Shown piece after piece: positions 39,250-48,142 of a DNA stretch of 64,000 nucleotides (positions within the stretch are counted from its first letter, which is position 1; each line of letters begins with the position of its first letter). Position numbers and translations under genes: made by a program. The notes below the pieces were generated by a model. That model was not told the origin of the DNA. It saw nothing but the letters and a program-made list of their open reading frames with translations, and did no database searches. The DNA lies in the IMG/VR virus record IMGVR_UViG_3300002835_000007, positions 62,001 to 126,000 of that record; one strand, written 5' to 3'.

Positions 39250-39404
39250 TAACTAAATGGTAGGTGCGACCTATGTACATATTTCTGTACATTGGTTGCC
39301 ACCACACCCCCTAATTTAATCAATTAGTTGTTATCAAATAAAAAATATAATGTTTGAATAATAATACTTACAATAAGTAAATTATAAGACAAAAAAAAAT
39401 GAGA

Positions 39405-39665
39405 CTACTTTGGTAGTCTCATTCTTGGGTTGGTATACCCAGTGAGTTCGTTAAAGCCCCACTTGATGTGAGTCTTTTCGCCATAAACGGCAGACGAACT
39501 TTTGTATGGTTGGTGAACGTAATCGTTCAACATTTCCCATTTGGTCATTCCCATACCATAGCCGTTATAACGATATGTTCTGAAGAATGCAACGCCATCT
39601 TGACGTATACCAACTTGAACTGAACGTCCATACGTATCAGTTCCGTGAAAACAATTTGCTTCCAT
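39405..39665 (-). CDS. hypothetical protein
   Basis: start moved to MEANC; minus-strand promoter at about 39723-39755. Confidence 0.7.
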   Translation of the reverse strand: MEANCFHGTDTYGRSVQVGIRQDGVAFFRTYRYNGYGMGMTKWEMLNDYVHQPYKSSSAVYGEKTHIKWGFNELTGYTNPRMRLPK

Positions 39666-39999
39666 AACAAAAAGAAAAAAAATAAGTAAGAAAAAGAACT
39701 TTTGTCCCTCATTTGGACGATACAAAGATAAACATAATTTTTAAATAACCAAACATTTTTTAATCTTTTTTTATTTTTTTTTATTCCTATCTAATCTTAT
39801 TTATAACATTAATCTTTATACTATTCTTATTCTTTTTTTGCTTGTATTGTTGCTTGTAATAAACTTTAAATACTAAACCAATACATAATACCAAAACAAC
39901 TTTAAAACGTCTTAAAACGAATTAAAATAAGAGCAAAAAATAATTTAAAAATAATTCACTTTTTTCTTGCATATCTAAAATCTAATTACGATATTTGTA

Positions 40000-40068
40000 T
40001 TGTCAATGATTGATAATCGAGACAAGTTGCTAACCAAAGCAAAAGACTAGACTCCGACACGTCTATAC
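40000..40068 (+). ncRNA. dispersed sRNA-like element copy 11 (inverted)
   Basis: UUGCU-AACCAA-AGCAA + AA + GACUAGACUCC; promoter CTTG...GATATTTG. Confidence 0.6.
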
Positions 40069-40125
40069 TTTTTTAACGTATGCCAATAAAAAAAAGAGTT
40101 CATTTAATGAACCCTTTTCAGTCGG

Positions 40126-40545
40126 TTAAAGACTTGCACAAGTCGGACCTAACCCACGTTCGATGGATTGTGCGTCCGTTAACGTGCGTCCACAACGTAT
40201 GCAATTGCCCGTATGCATAACTTGAACCTTCTCATCCAACAAGTCGAACTTGCTTTGTTCAACCCTTTCAAGCACCCAACAAATTGCTGTTGCCGATGGC
40301 GAGTTAACCACTTGCCCTTTTTGGTAAATCTTACCCTTGAAATAAGACCCCAAACGAACGAATTTTTGGTACTCTTGTTCAACGCTAATATGCGTGTACC
40401 AATTGCCCTTAAATTTAGAACGAGAGATAGCATACGTGTAGTCTTTGCCCGTAGCAATAGACTTAATAGTGAAATCAGAACCACTATTGTTTTTTTCAGC
40501 CTTGATAACTGAAAAAAGAGCCGAAGATGAAATAATGTGTGACAT
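40126..40545 (-). CDS. DUF6011-like zinc-finger protein
   Basis: CIRCGRTLT...SIERGLGPTC. Confidence 0.75.
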   Translation of the reverse strand: MSHIISSSALFSVIKAEKNNSGSDFTIKSIATGKDYTYAISRSKFKGNWYTHISVEQEYQKFVRLGSYFKGKIYQKGQVVNSPSATAICWVLERVEQSKFDLLDEKVQVMHTGNCIRCGRTLTDAQSIERGLGPTCASL

Positions 40546-40681
40546 AAGGAAAAAATTTAAATGAATAACTTATTACAAAGATAATACTTTTTTTCATTCC
40601 CACAATACCTTAACGAAAAAAAAAATAAAATTATTTTTAATAATTGTTTGCATATATCATTTCTATTATCTATCTTTGTTT

Positions 40682-40756
40682 TGTCAATGATTGATAGTCG
40701 AGACAAGTCGCTAAGCAAAGTGAGAGAGTAGACTCCGACACGTCCATACGTGAACG
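40682..40756 (+). ncRNA. dispersed sRNA-like element copy 12 (inverted)
   Basis: UCGCU-AAGCAA-AGUGA + GA + GAGUAGACUCC; promoter TTTG-N20-TATCTTTG. Confidence 0.65.
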
Positions 40757-40783
40757 AACTATACTAAATAAAAAAGGGGATTT

Positions 40784-41002
40784 TTAAACCCCCAATTTTT
40801 CAAAGATAGGACGACTAATTTCGTTTCTAATAAGCATAGGTATTAGATACTCAAATAAGTCGTCAGATTCAATCTTTAGACGTTCATACTTAACTTTTGG
40901 TATGTCAGCCCTAACGTCATTTCCAACTTGTTCGGCAAAGAATTTTTCACCTTCCCTAACTAATAGACAATTTCCAACTTGTCTTACAACTACACGTAAC
41001 AT
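40784..41002 (-). CDS. hypothetical protein
   Basis: own minus-strand promoter. Confidence 0.65.
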   Translation of the reverse strand: MLRVVVRQVGNCLLVREGEKFFAEQVGNDVRADIPKVKYERLKIESDDLFEYLIPMLIRNEISRPIFEKLGV

Positions 41003-41132
41003 AAAGAACGATTTTGAATTACCCTACAAAGATAACATTAATTTTGATTCCCACAATACCCTAACCAAAAAAAAATTAATATAAACGAAAAAAGTCCATA
41101 AGGTATAACCCTATGGACAGATTTCTGTACAT

Positions 41133-41456
41133 TTAGTACTCAACTTCAACGTCACGTGCTTGTGCGTGCACGTATTCCAAGAACTTGTCGTCATTCAAGA
41201 CGATAGGTTCGTGCCACACGATTTCGTGTTCGGTATACGTATACCGATACCCCTCGTTAGACTCGTCTTGTAGCAGACGTTTGAAAGCGTTTATTGAGCG
41301 TTCCTCGTCATACATAAGGTAATCAACATTAAGGTTGACTTGAAAGATTTTACCACCTTTCTTTTTCCAATGTTGTGGACATTCCCCTTGACCATCCCAC
41401 GTGTGAGCAGCATAGTTTTCCTCAACTTGTGCGTAAATGTTTACCAATGTTTTCAT
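41133..41456 (-). CDS. conserved phage hypothetical protein
   Basis: Q..ENY.AH.WDG.GECPQ.WK.KGG. Confidence 0.75.
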   Translation of the reverse strand: MKTLVNIYAQVEENYAAHTWDGQGECPQHWKKKGGKIFQVNLNVDYLMYDEERSINAFKRLLQDESNEGYRYTYTEHEIVWHEPIVLNDDKFLEYVHAQARDVEVEY

Positions 41457-41658
41457 AACAAAAAAGTATTAAAAAATAAATAAAAAAAGAACTAACGCCC
41501 AACCGAAGTACATATCATATCCTCAATTGAACAATACAAAGATAGGGATAAATTTTAAATAACCAAAACTTTTTTCACTTTTTTTTTTCAAAGTTATTAA
41601 CACTAAATTGTTAATAACTTTTTTTAAAAAAAAACTTGCATATTAAAAAAATAAAACC

Positions 41659-41709
41659 CAGGTTGGAGTCTACTCTTCCATTCCCACGGCACGTACCTTA
41701 ATTGTACAC
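41659..41709 (-). ncRNA. dispersed sRNA-like element copy 13
   Basis: CCGU-GGGA-AUGG + core; promoter CTTG-N20-TATATTTG. Confidence 0.6.
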
Positions 41710-41873
41710 TACAAATATAGGAAGGATAAATTTAATATGCAAGCAAAAGTTATTAACAATTCAATTTTTTTTATTGTTAATAACTTTGAGTGAATTATTT
41801 TTAATTTTTTGTTGCAATAGTCAATTTAATGTGTAACTTTGTCAAAGTTATTAATCATTAAAACTTTTAAATT

Positions 41874-42458
41874 ATGAAAACGCAAACACAAAACAACAAC
41901 GTAGTAGCAGTAGGTAAAACAATCAAAGGTACAACCTTTGTAGGTACTACATATAGAAACGCACAAGGCGAATTAAGTAAACAACTTATCGTTAGTGGTA
42001 TTAGTTACGAAAATTGTTTAATGAATGATTTTAATTCATTACAAGCAAATCAAACTACTATCTTTGAAAAGTTGGAAAAAACTTATTCTATCGACTTAAT
42101 TACTTTGGCTTACAATAACCTTTTTTCAAGCCTTGAAAAAAGATTATCTAACCCAGAAACGAAAGCAAAATTATTGGCTGAAAAAGATAGTACAATAGTA
42201 CGTTCACAAGCCCAAATTGAGGCTTATACGCACCTTGCAAAAGGTATTAAAGTACATAACGAAACAAACGAAATTCATGTGTTTGGTTTAGTAGTTAAAA
42301 AACGTGTTTTGGAAGCAGTCGAATACAAAGAAACGAAAAGCAAAGAATTGACAATCGTACAAAACAAAATCAAAAAACTTTGCGACTTTAAGCAAAGCAA
42401 ATATAAAACTTTCATCTTTCAGCAAGGCGAATTTAAAATGCAAGGATTGACACTATAA
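41874..42458 (+). CDS. conserved phage hypothetical protein
   Basis: 194 aa; followed by GAAA-loop terminator at about 42462-42491. Confidence 0.75.
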   Translation: MKTQTQNNNVVAVGKTIKGTTFVGTTYRNAQGELSKQLIVSGISYENCLMNDFNSLQANQTTIFEKLEKTYSIDLITLAYNNLFSSLEKRLSNPETKAKLLAEKDSTIVRSQAQIEAYTHLAKGIKVHNETNEIHVFGLVVKKRVLEAVEYKETKSKELTIVQNKIKKLCDFKQSKYKTFIFQQGEFKMQGLTL

Positions 42459-42742
42459 CAAAAGAAAGTACCGAAAGGTACTTTTTTTTTTGCCTATACA
42501 TTTTTAATTACAAAACACGTTTTAATTAGTTTTAAGACGTGTTTTTGTTGTTAGGTATACAAAGATATTACTTTTAATAGAAAGTTGCTTAAAACGGCTA
42601 ATTACCCCCTATACGGCAGTCCTCCCTATGTACCCCCTCCTTGTAACCCCCCTCCGTTAGCCCTCCCGTATGTTGGGTGTATGTGGGGCTTGATGCTGTT
42701 CACGAAATTTTTTTTGGGAAAATTTTTTGACTTTATTTTTAG

Positions 42743-42851
42743 GACCCCTTATTTAAAAAAATTTTTTTCTGGAAAAAGTTGCAACAAAAAAAGGAGACCC
42801 CCTATTTTAAAAAAATTTTTTTCGGAAAAAGTTGCAGCAAAAAAAAAGGAG
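42743..42851. repeat. two tandem ~53 bp A/T-tract repeats
   Basis: GACCCC..ATTT.AAAAAAATTTTTTTC(T)GGAAAAAGTTGCA.CAAAAAAAGGA repeated twice. Confidence 0.8.
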
Positions 42852-43529
42852 TTAGTCGTTTTTAAAATTATAGTCATATAGGGTTTTTATAAACGCTAGG
42901 AAATCTGCTTCTGTAAGTTCATTTTTCATAGTGTTAACAATTGACGCAACAAGGACCACGTTATCTTTTGTGTATCCTTTTTTAGAATCTATTCTATCAA
43001 TAGAGAGTCCGTATATATTCATTTTAGTATCTTGTGAACCTACGGATGATATGTCAAGAATCTGGCCGCTATATTTGCATTTATAATTTTGTTCTATTAG
43101 TAGGTTGTTTATAAAGTCTTCATCTATATCGAAGTTAAGGTCTTTTTTTTTGGCTCTATGTTTTGCTGACAGTATTCTACATTTAATGATATTATTTTTA
43201 ACCCATTTATGTTGTCTTATAAGATATTTTTTTTTATCTATGTCGGATAGTTTTTGGTATCTTACAGAAGAGTCTTTATTGATGCAGTCTTTGCATTTTT
43301 TCTTATTATCTTTTTTAAATTTATTAATATCATTTTGACCACAGATTAAGCAGTTGCAATATAGTTTTGTTGAGTTTTTTAATATTTTATTTAGGATGGA
43401 TGATGTTATATTATATTTTTCCGTTAAGTCTTTTTTAAGGGCTTCGGTATTAACATATTCATCTATGATAACATTTTTAAGTTTATCGTTAATAAATCTA
43501 TTATTTTTTCCATCGAATAAAATTTCCAT
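42852..43529 (-). CDS. HNH-type (homing-like) endonuclease
   Basis: RAKKK.L.FDI...Q..KC.YSG...SIDRIDS.KGY..DNV.LV....N.MK. Confidence 0.75.
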   Translation of the reverse strand: MEILFDGKNNRFINDKLKNVIIDEYVNTEALKKDLTEKYNITSSILNKILKNSTKLYCNCLICGQNDINKFKKDNKKKCKDCINKDSSVRYQKLSDIDKKKYLIRQHKWVKNNIIKCRILSAKHRAKKKDLNFDIDEDFINNLLIEQNYKCKYSGQILDISSVGSQDTKMNIYGLSIDRIDSKKGYTKDNVVLVASIVNTMKNELTEADFLAFIKTLYDYNFKND

Positions 43530-43599
43530 AATAAAACGTTTTATTTAATATTATGGTCTGTATTAAAATAAGTCAATATTTATAAATAAAATTAATTAA

Positions 43600-44418
43600 A
43601 TGAAAAATATTATAAAGACATTATTAAGGGAAAGTTTATTGGACGAAGGTACTATTGAGATACCTAACGATGTGATTCAGAAATTTGGGGTATTATTTGA
43701 TTTAATAAAAACTAATTTGGATGATTATAAGCAGAAGACATTAAATAGGTCTTATAATAATCCTTTGATAGCATTTAAAGATTATTTTAAATTAAAAGAT
43801 AATGCTGGTAAACCGTTAAATATTGATGTTGGGTTATATAATGATGGTAAAGATGTTGGTGCTGGTAGGATGGATACAATTACAGATACAGTATTGTTAA
43901 ATTTGGCGTTTTTTGATTATGATGCCAATACTTTTTCAGCTTTGCTTAATCATGAGTTGGTTCACGCTATGGACCCATTGGTTAGGGATAAGCATGTGTT
44001 CAATAAGTATTATGATAAGAAGGGTGCTGAGCCTAGTGGTAGTAAATTTGCGTTAAGTAAAGGAGACCCTAAGAGTGAGTATGATAAAAGTTATGATAAG
44101 TATTTAAAATCTCAGCATGAATATACAGCAAACATATCTACTTTAATTACGATTATTAGAAAAGTTTTTGGTAAAGATGCGAACAAGCAGAAATGGTTGT
44201 GGTGGTTTATTGAGAATTTAACAGCATATAATAAAGCTGATGCTATGTATTTTGGTGTTGTAGAACATATGGAAGATATAAAAGCTGCTAAATTATTTAA
44301 GAGTGAAAATGATTTATATAGTTTTATTGTTGAGTTATTTTCTCTTAAACCTTTAACAGCTGATGAGAAAAGTTATAAAAAATTAAAAAACGACATTTAT
44401 AAGGGATTACAAAAATAA
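43600..44418 (+). CDS. HExxH zinc-peptidase-like protein, putative virion protein
   Basis: HELVHAMD...Y..SQHE; leader IKTLLRESLLDE; late-type promoter. Confidence 0.6.
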   Translation: MKNIIKTLLRESLLDEGTIEIPNDVIQKFGVLFDLIKTNLDDYKQKTLNRSYNNPLIAFKDYFKLKDNAGKPLNIDVGLYNDGKDVGAGRMDTITDTVLLNLAFFDYDANTFSALLNHELVHAMDPLVRDKHVFNKYYDKKGAEPSGSKFALSKGDPKSEYDKSYDKYLKSQHEYTANISTLITIIRKVFGKDANKQKWLWWFIENLTAYNKADAMYFGVVEHMEDIKAAKLFKSENDLYSFIVELFSLKPLTADEKSYKKLKNDIYKGLQK

Positions 44419-44475
44419 TTTAAAAAAACTTGTAATATAATAAATTAGTGTGTAGTTTTGATAAAAACATTTATT

Positions 44476-45135
44476 ATGGAGTTCAAAATTAAAGAGTATG
44501 ATTTAAGATTTATCGTTGATAAGAATATTGTTTTAAAGCATGACACTATTGTTTCTTTAAGCTCTACCCCACCTACAACAAAAGAAGATTTTTATTGGGT
44601 TGATTCTATCTCTGATGATTCATTGGGATTTATGTATGGTTTATATGGTATTGATGAAAAATATCATGGTGGTAGTTTATATCCTTTGCTGCCAGTTATT
44701 GTTTCAAATGAGTTATTAAACATAAGCGATTTATTTTACGTTAACGGTGTTATACATGAAGTAAACGGATTGTTTATGGATGAAGAGGAGAGATGGAAAG
44801 TTATTGATGAGAACGGTGGACTTTTTTATGAAGCTGAAGTTTTAAAATTAATTGCCACGCCAGACCAAATTGGTTGGGTATATAATGAGGGGCCACCACA
44901 CGACCATAATTATAACTGGGTTGATTCAAGATACTTAGAGCAGATACACAATAGATTATTTATTAACTGTGTTAAGGATGGATTTAAGATTACAATTGCG
45001 GTTGATGAGGAATGTGTTGTTGGTGGTGAAGAATGTAGGGGTGAATTAAGGTTGGTTCCTATGCTGCATGAAGACAAAGCGATTATTGATGGGTATGGAT
45101 TATTAAAAAAATCTTCATCAGTATTTGTTTATTAG
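44476..45135 (+). CDS. hypothetical protein
   Basis: start moved to ATG 44476. Confidence 0.7.
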   Translation: MEFKIKEYDLRFIVDKNIVLKHDTIVSLSSTPPTTKEDFYWVDSISDDSLGFMYGLYGIDEKYHGGSLYPLLPVIVSNELLNISDLFYVNGVIHEVNGLFMDEEERWKVIDENGGLFYEAEVLKLIATPDQIGWVYNEGPPHDHNYNWVDSRYLEQIHNRLFINCVKDGFKITIAVDEECVVGGEECRGELRLVPMLHEDKAIIDGYGLLKKSSSVFVY

Positions 45136-45175
45136 AAAAAAGTTTTTTACATTTGTGTTTTAAAATAAATTTATC

Positions 45176-46399
45176 ATGAAAAACAAAAAAGAACAAAGTG
45201 AGTTTACTAGTACGTTATTGCATAAAGATGTTAATAATGTAAAAAGGGATAGATTGGTTGATATCTACAAGCAAGACAAACAAAAAGCCAGAATCATATT
45301 TGAGAATGCTAATAGAGACGGATACAGTGAGAATACTATTTGGTTGTTTGAATATCCCAACAAAGATTTTAGAATTGTTTCATTTACCAACAATATTAGT
45401 TTTTCAAAAAACAATATTATGTATAGACGTAATAAGACGAACCATATCTTCATATATAAACATGAGACCAAATCTTTTTACTTTAAACTTAATGGTCTTA
45501 TGAAACCGTTGACTGTTGCAAACTTTAATGCGTTTACCAATTGGAAAGTTAGAGAACATTTTATTAATAAATTTGGTTGGTTGCGAAATGCTTTAGATGT
45601 TACTAGTTGTTATTCATTAACGTTGACAACCATTAACAAGAAGAAGTTATTTAACAAGGAAAAATTAATAAAGCATGTATATGGTGTTAACCATAATGTT
45701 GCAAAAGTTTTGGATATTGCTATTAAGGAAAATGATAATATAAAGTTTCTTTGGAAGCAGTATAAGCATTTGTTTATAAACTTAGATAAACTAACGCCAG
45801 AATTTTTTAAAAACCATTTAATTTATGACACATGTAGATTTGCTCAATCTTTTGGTGAGAAAATAAATTGTGCATGGAAAGCGAAAAGGATTAAACAGTT
45901 TCATGACATGTTGTATAAAAAACACATTGATGTGATATTAGAGTTTGAACCGTTATCGATGTTATCAAACAAAACGGTTTATTTAGATTTTGCTGCTTTT
46001 TCTAATTATCAGATTCTTAAAACAAATCATGATTTAATTTCTGAGGGTAAGAAACAAAGTCATTGTGTTGGTACATATGGACCACAAGTAAACAATGGTA
46101 CATGTTCTATATTATCTATTGGTCAGTACACGTTAGATTTAAGGTATGGAATTCAATGGAATAGACCTAAATTAAATATGATGGATTCAGAAAAAACATT
46201 ATTTATAAATCAGTTTAGAGGTTATGGCAACTGTGACGCACCAAAAGAATTGTATGACGAGGTTAACGCATATTTAGATGAGTTTAACAAAGATATTAAA
46301 AAGTATGAAGAAGGTTTTAAGAAAGAGTGTATGAATGTTTTCCATGATAGTTTACCAAATCCATTGGGTGAGTTTATTGAAGATGATTTACCGTTTTAA
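45176..46399 (+). CDS. PcfJ-like domain protein
   Basis: HD, L..EG..Q.HCV.TY, TL, Q.RG..N in C-terminal domain. Confidence 0.7.
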   Translation: MKNKKEQSEFTSTLLHKDVNNVKRDRLVDIYKQDKQKARIIFENANRDGYSENTIWLFEYPNKDFRIVSFTNNISFSKNNIMYRRNKTNHIFIYKHETKSFYFKLNGLMKPLTVANFNAFTNWKVREHFINKFGWLRNALDVTSCYSLTLTTINKKKLFNKEKLIKHVYGVNHNVAKVLDIAIKENDNIKFLWKQYKHLFINLDKLTPEFFKNHLIYDTCRFAQSFGEKINCAWKAKRIKQFHDMLYKKHIDVILEFEPLSMLSNKTVYLDFAAFSNYQILKTNHDLISEGKKQSHCVGTYGPQVNNGTCSILSIGQYTLDLRYGIQWNRPKLNMMDSEKTLFINQFRGYGNCDAPKELYDEVNAYLDEFNKDIKKYEEGFKKECMNVFHDSLPNPLGEFIEDDLPF

Positions 46400-46402
46400 A
46401 AT

Positions 46403-46431
46403 AAAAAAGGGGTTTTGCAACCCCTTTTTTT
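46403..46431. terminator. bidirectional terminator
   Basis: AAAAAAGGGGTT-ttgc-AACCCCTTTTTT between convergent genes. Confidence 0.85.
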
Positions 46432-47551
46432 ATTTTTTAAATTTAGCACTTAAAGTTCTAAACTCTCGTTTTTCATCATTTGTTAGTTCTTGACCACGTT
46501 CTTGTTTTCTAACTAAGTCTTGGTAAGTTCTATATCTTCTTTTATCTTTATCTGATAATGAGCTAATATCGAAATCTGGTTCATTTCTAAGACTAATTAA
46601 ATCTCTTTCACCTTTTTTGATATCATTGTTTTGTAAATATTGTTCTGCGTTTTCTGAATCTGATTGTAAGAAAGTTTTTATTTCTTCTTCGGATGGTTCT
46701 TTACCTACTTTTTGTTTATATGCGGTTCTGAAATCCATTCTTAATTTTTGTTTTTTTCTTTCTGGGTCAGCAGACATTTGTTGGTAAGAATCAGTATTTT
46801 TGGCATCACCATATGATGTATATGCATCAAAACCAGGGGTATTAATAATAACGTAATCCAATATCATTTCACCATAAATCAAATAAGCTTTTATTATTGC
46901 ATCTGAAGCTGGAGAACCAGGCACATCATAATCTACGTCAACAACACCATCTAACCCTTTATCATTTATTAAATTAATAATATTTTGTTTTAATTTTGAA
47001 TCTTTAATTCCATATATAAAACTAACTAATTTTTGGTTATCTTGTAGGTATTCAGTTTCTTTTGAAAATTTTCTACCGCTACTTGTTTTAATAACAGAAT
47101 TATCGTCAGCTGATTGTAAACCTTTTCTAGTAATAGCAAAATTATCTCTAGGTTCATTGGCTGACCCAAGTGGTCCGTTAGTGTTAAGACTGTGTTCGAT
47201 ACCTCTATTAGCCATAATATTAAACCACATGTAACTAGCGTTTTTTCTAATAAAACCTATTTTATCATTTTTTTTATTATTAGCAGCAGATACAGTATTA
47301 GTTCCCAATCTTGCGTCACCACGTGGTGAAATTAATATTGGTAATACTGCTTGACCTTCATATTCACTATCAAAATATTGTTTAACATTATCATCTACAT
47401 CAGAGTTAGGACCATACATTTCTTGTGCTTTAGCAATCTTAAACATTGTTTTAAAAACGTCAGACATACTAGAGTCAAAATCAGATTTGGCTTCTAACAT
47501 ATTAAAGTTTTTTCTAAGTGATTCTTTTATTAGTTTTTTAATATTAACCAT
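46430..47551 (-). CDS. hypothetical protein, putative virion protein
   Basis: leader IKKLIKESL...MLE; late-type promoter at 47565-47573. Confidence 0.65.
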   Translation of the reverse strand: MVNIKKLIKESLRKNFNMLEAKSDFDSSMSDVFKTMFKIAKAQEMYGPNSDVDDNVKQYFDSEYEGQAVLPILISPRGDARLGTNTVSAANNKKNDKIGFIRKNASYMWFNIMANRGIEHSLNTNGPLGSANEPRDNFAITRKGLQSADDNSVIKTSSGRKFSKETEYLQDNQKLVSFIYGIKDSKLKQNIINLINDKGLDGVVDVDYDVPGSPASDAIIKAYLIYGEMILDYVIINTPGFDAYTSYGDAKNTDSYQQMSADPERKKQKLRMDFRTAYKQKVGKEPSEEEIKTFLQSDSENAEQYLQNNDIKKGERDLISLRNEPDFDISSLSDKDKRRYRTYQDLVRKQERGQELTNDEKREFRTLSAKFKK

Positions 47552-47638
47552 AAGTTTTTTATTTTATAAATATATAAATATTAATATAAGTGTTTGTTTT
47601 GTTAAAATAATAGAGTATATTAGGGAAAAATAAAGTAT

Positions 47639-48142
47639 ATGGATTTAAAATGTATTAATGATTGGGATGCTTATCATAGAAATCGAAAAACAAAACCTAT
47701 TGATTTTAAGATTGATTTGAAGATTAAAACATGGGAAGATTATAAAATTGAGATGGAGTTTAAAATGAAGCAAACTCTTATATTGGCATTTTGTGACCCA
47801 GAAACTCATGAAGCTTTTTATTTGCATGAACACGAAAAATGGCATCTTATAAACGGTAAACGTTACGATGACAAAGAAATAAATTTTAAAGATAACTGGG
47901 ATTTGTTAATGTATGCTGTTGAATGTATTGAGGGAATGGGTTATTTCAGCACTATTGAAAAGTTCAAAGATGTAAACACACATAGAATGTGGTTCAATGA
48001 ATGTGCAACGTTTGCTGAGTATGGCAGCGGTGCGAGGGAGGTGACAAAAAAAGAAACAATATATGAAGCAGTGTTAGATTTTTGTGAAACATATGTTAAA
48101 AAGAATTTAGATAAAATAATAGATAATGGTGGAAAAATATAA
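47639..48142 (+). CDS. hypothetical protein
   Basis: F...WD.LM.AVE.IE...Y.AV..F phage pattern. Confidence 0.7.
   Translation: MDLKCINDWDAYHRNRKTKPIDFKIDLKIKTWEDYKIEMEFKMKQTLILAFCDPETHEAFYLHEHEKWHLINGKRYDDKEINFKDNWDLLMYAVECIEGMGYFSTIEKFKDVNTHRMWFNECATFAEYGSGAREVTKKETIYEAVLDFCETYVKKNLDKIIDNGGKI

Noticed and set aside
39880-39930. Weak inverted similarity between 39880-39930 and 42518-42560 (TTTTAATT.GTTTTAAGACGT)
   Set aside because: Only two degenerate AT-rich copies; cannot be told from chance without statistics.
40002-40018. sRNA 5' leaders as antisense guides to early-gene leaders (AAUGAUUGAUAA versus UUAUUAAUCAUU upstream of 41874)
   Set aside because: The 12 bp AU-rich duplex could be chance, and other leaders show no consistent targets by eye; needs a computational target scan.
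16020-41709. 13-copy element as a CRISPR array
   Set aside because: Copies are 0.7-4.5 kb apart with genes between them, there is no repeat-spacer periodicity, and no cas genes are in the window. A solitary repeat mimic cannot be excluded without host repeats.
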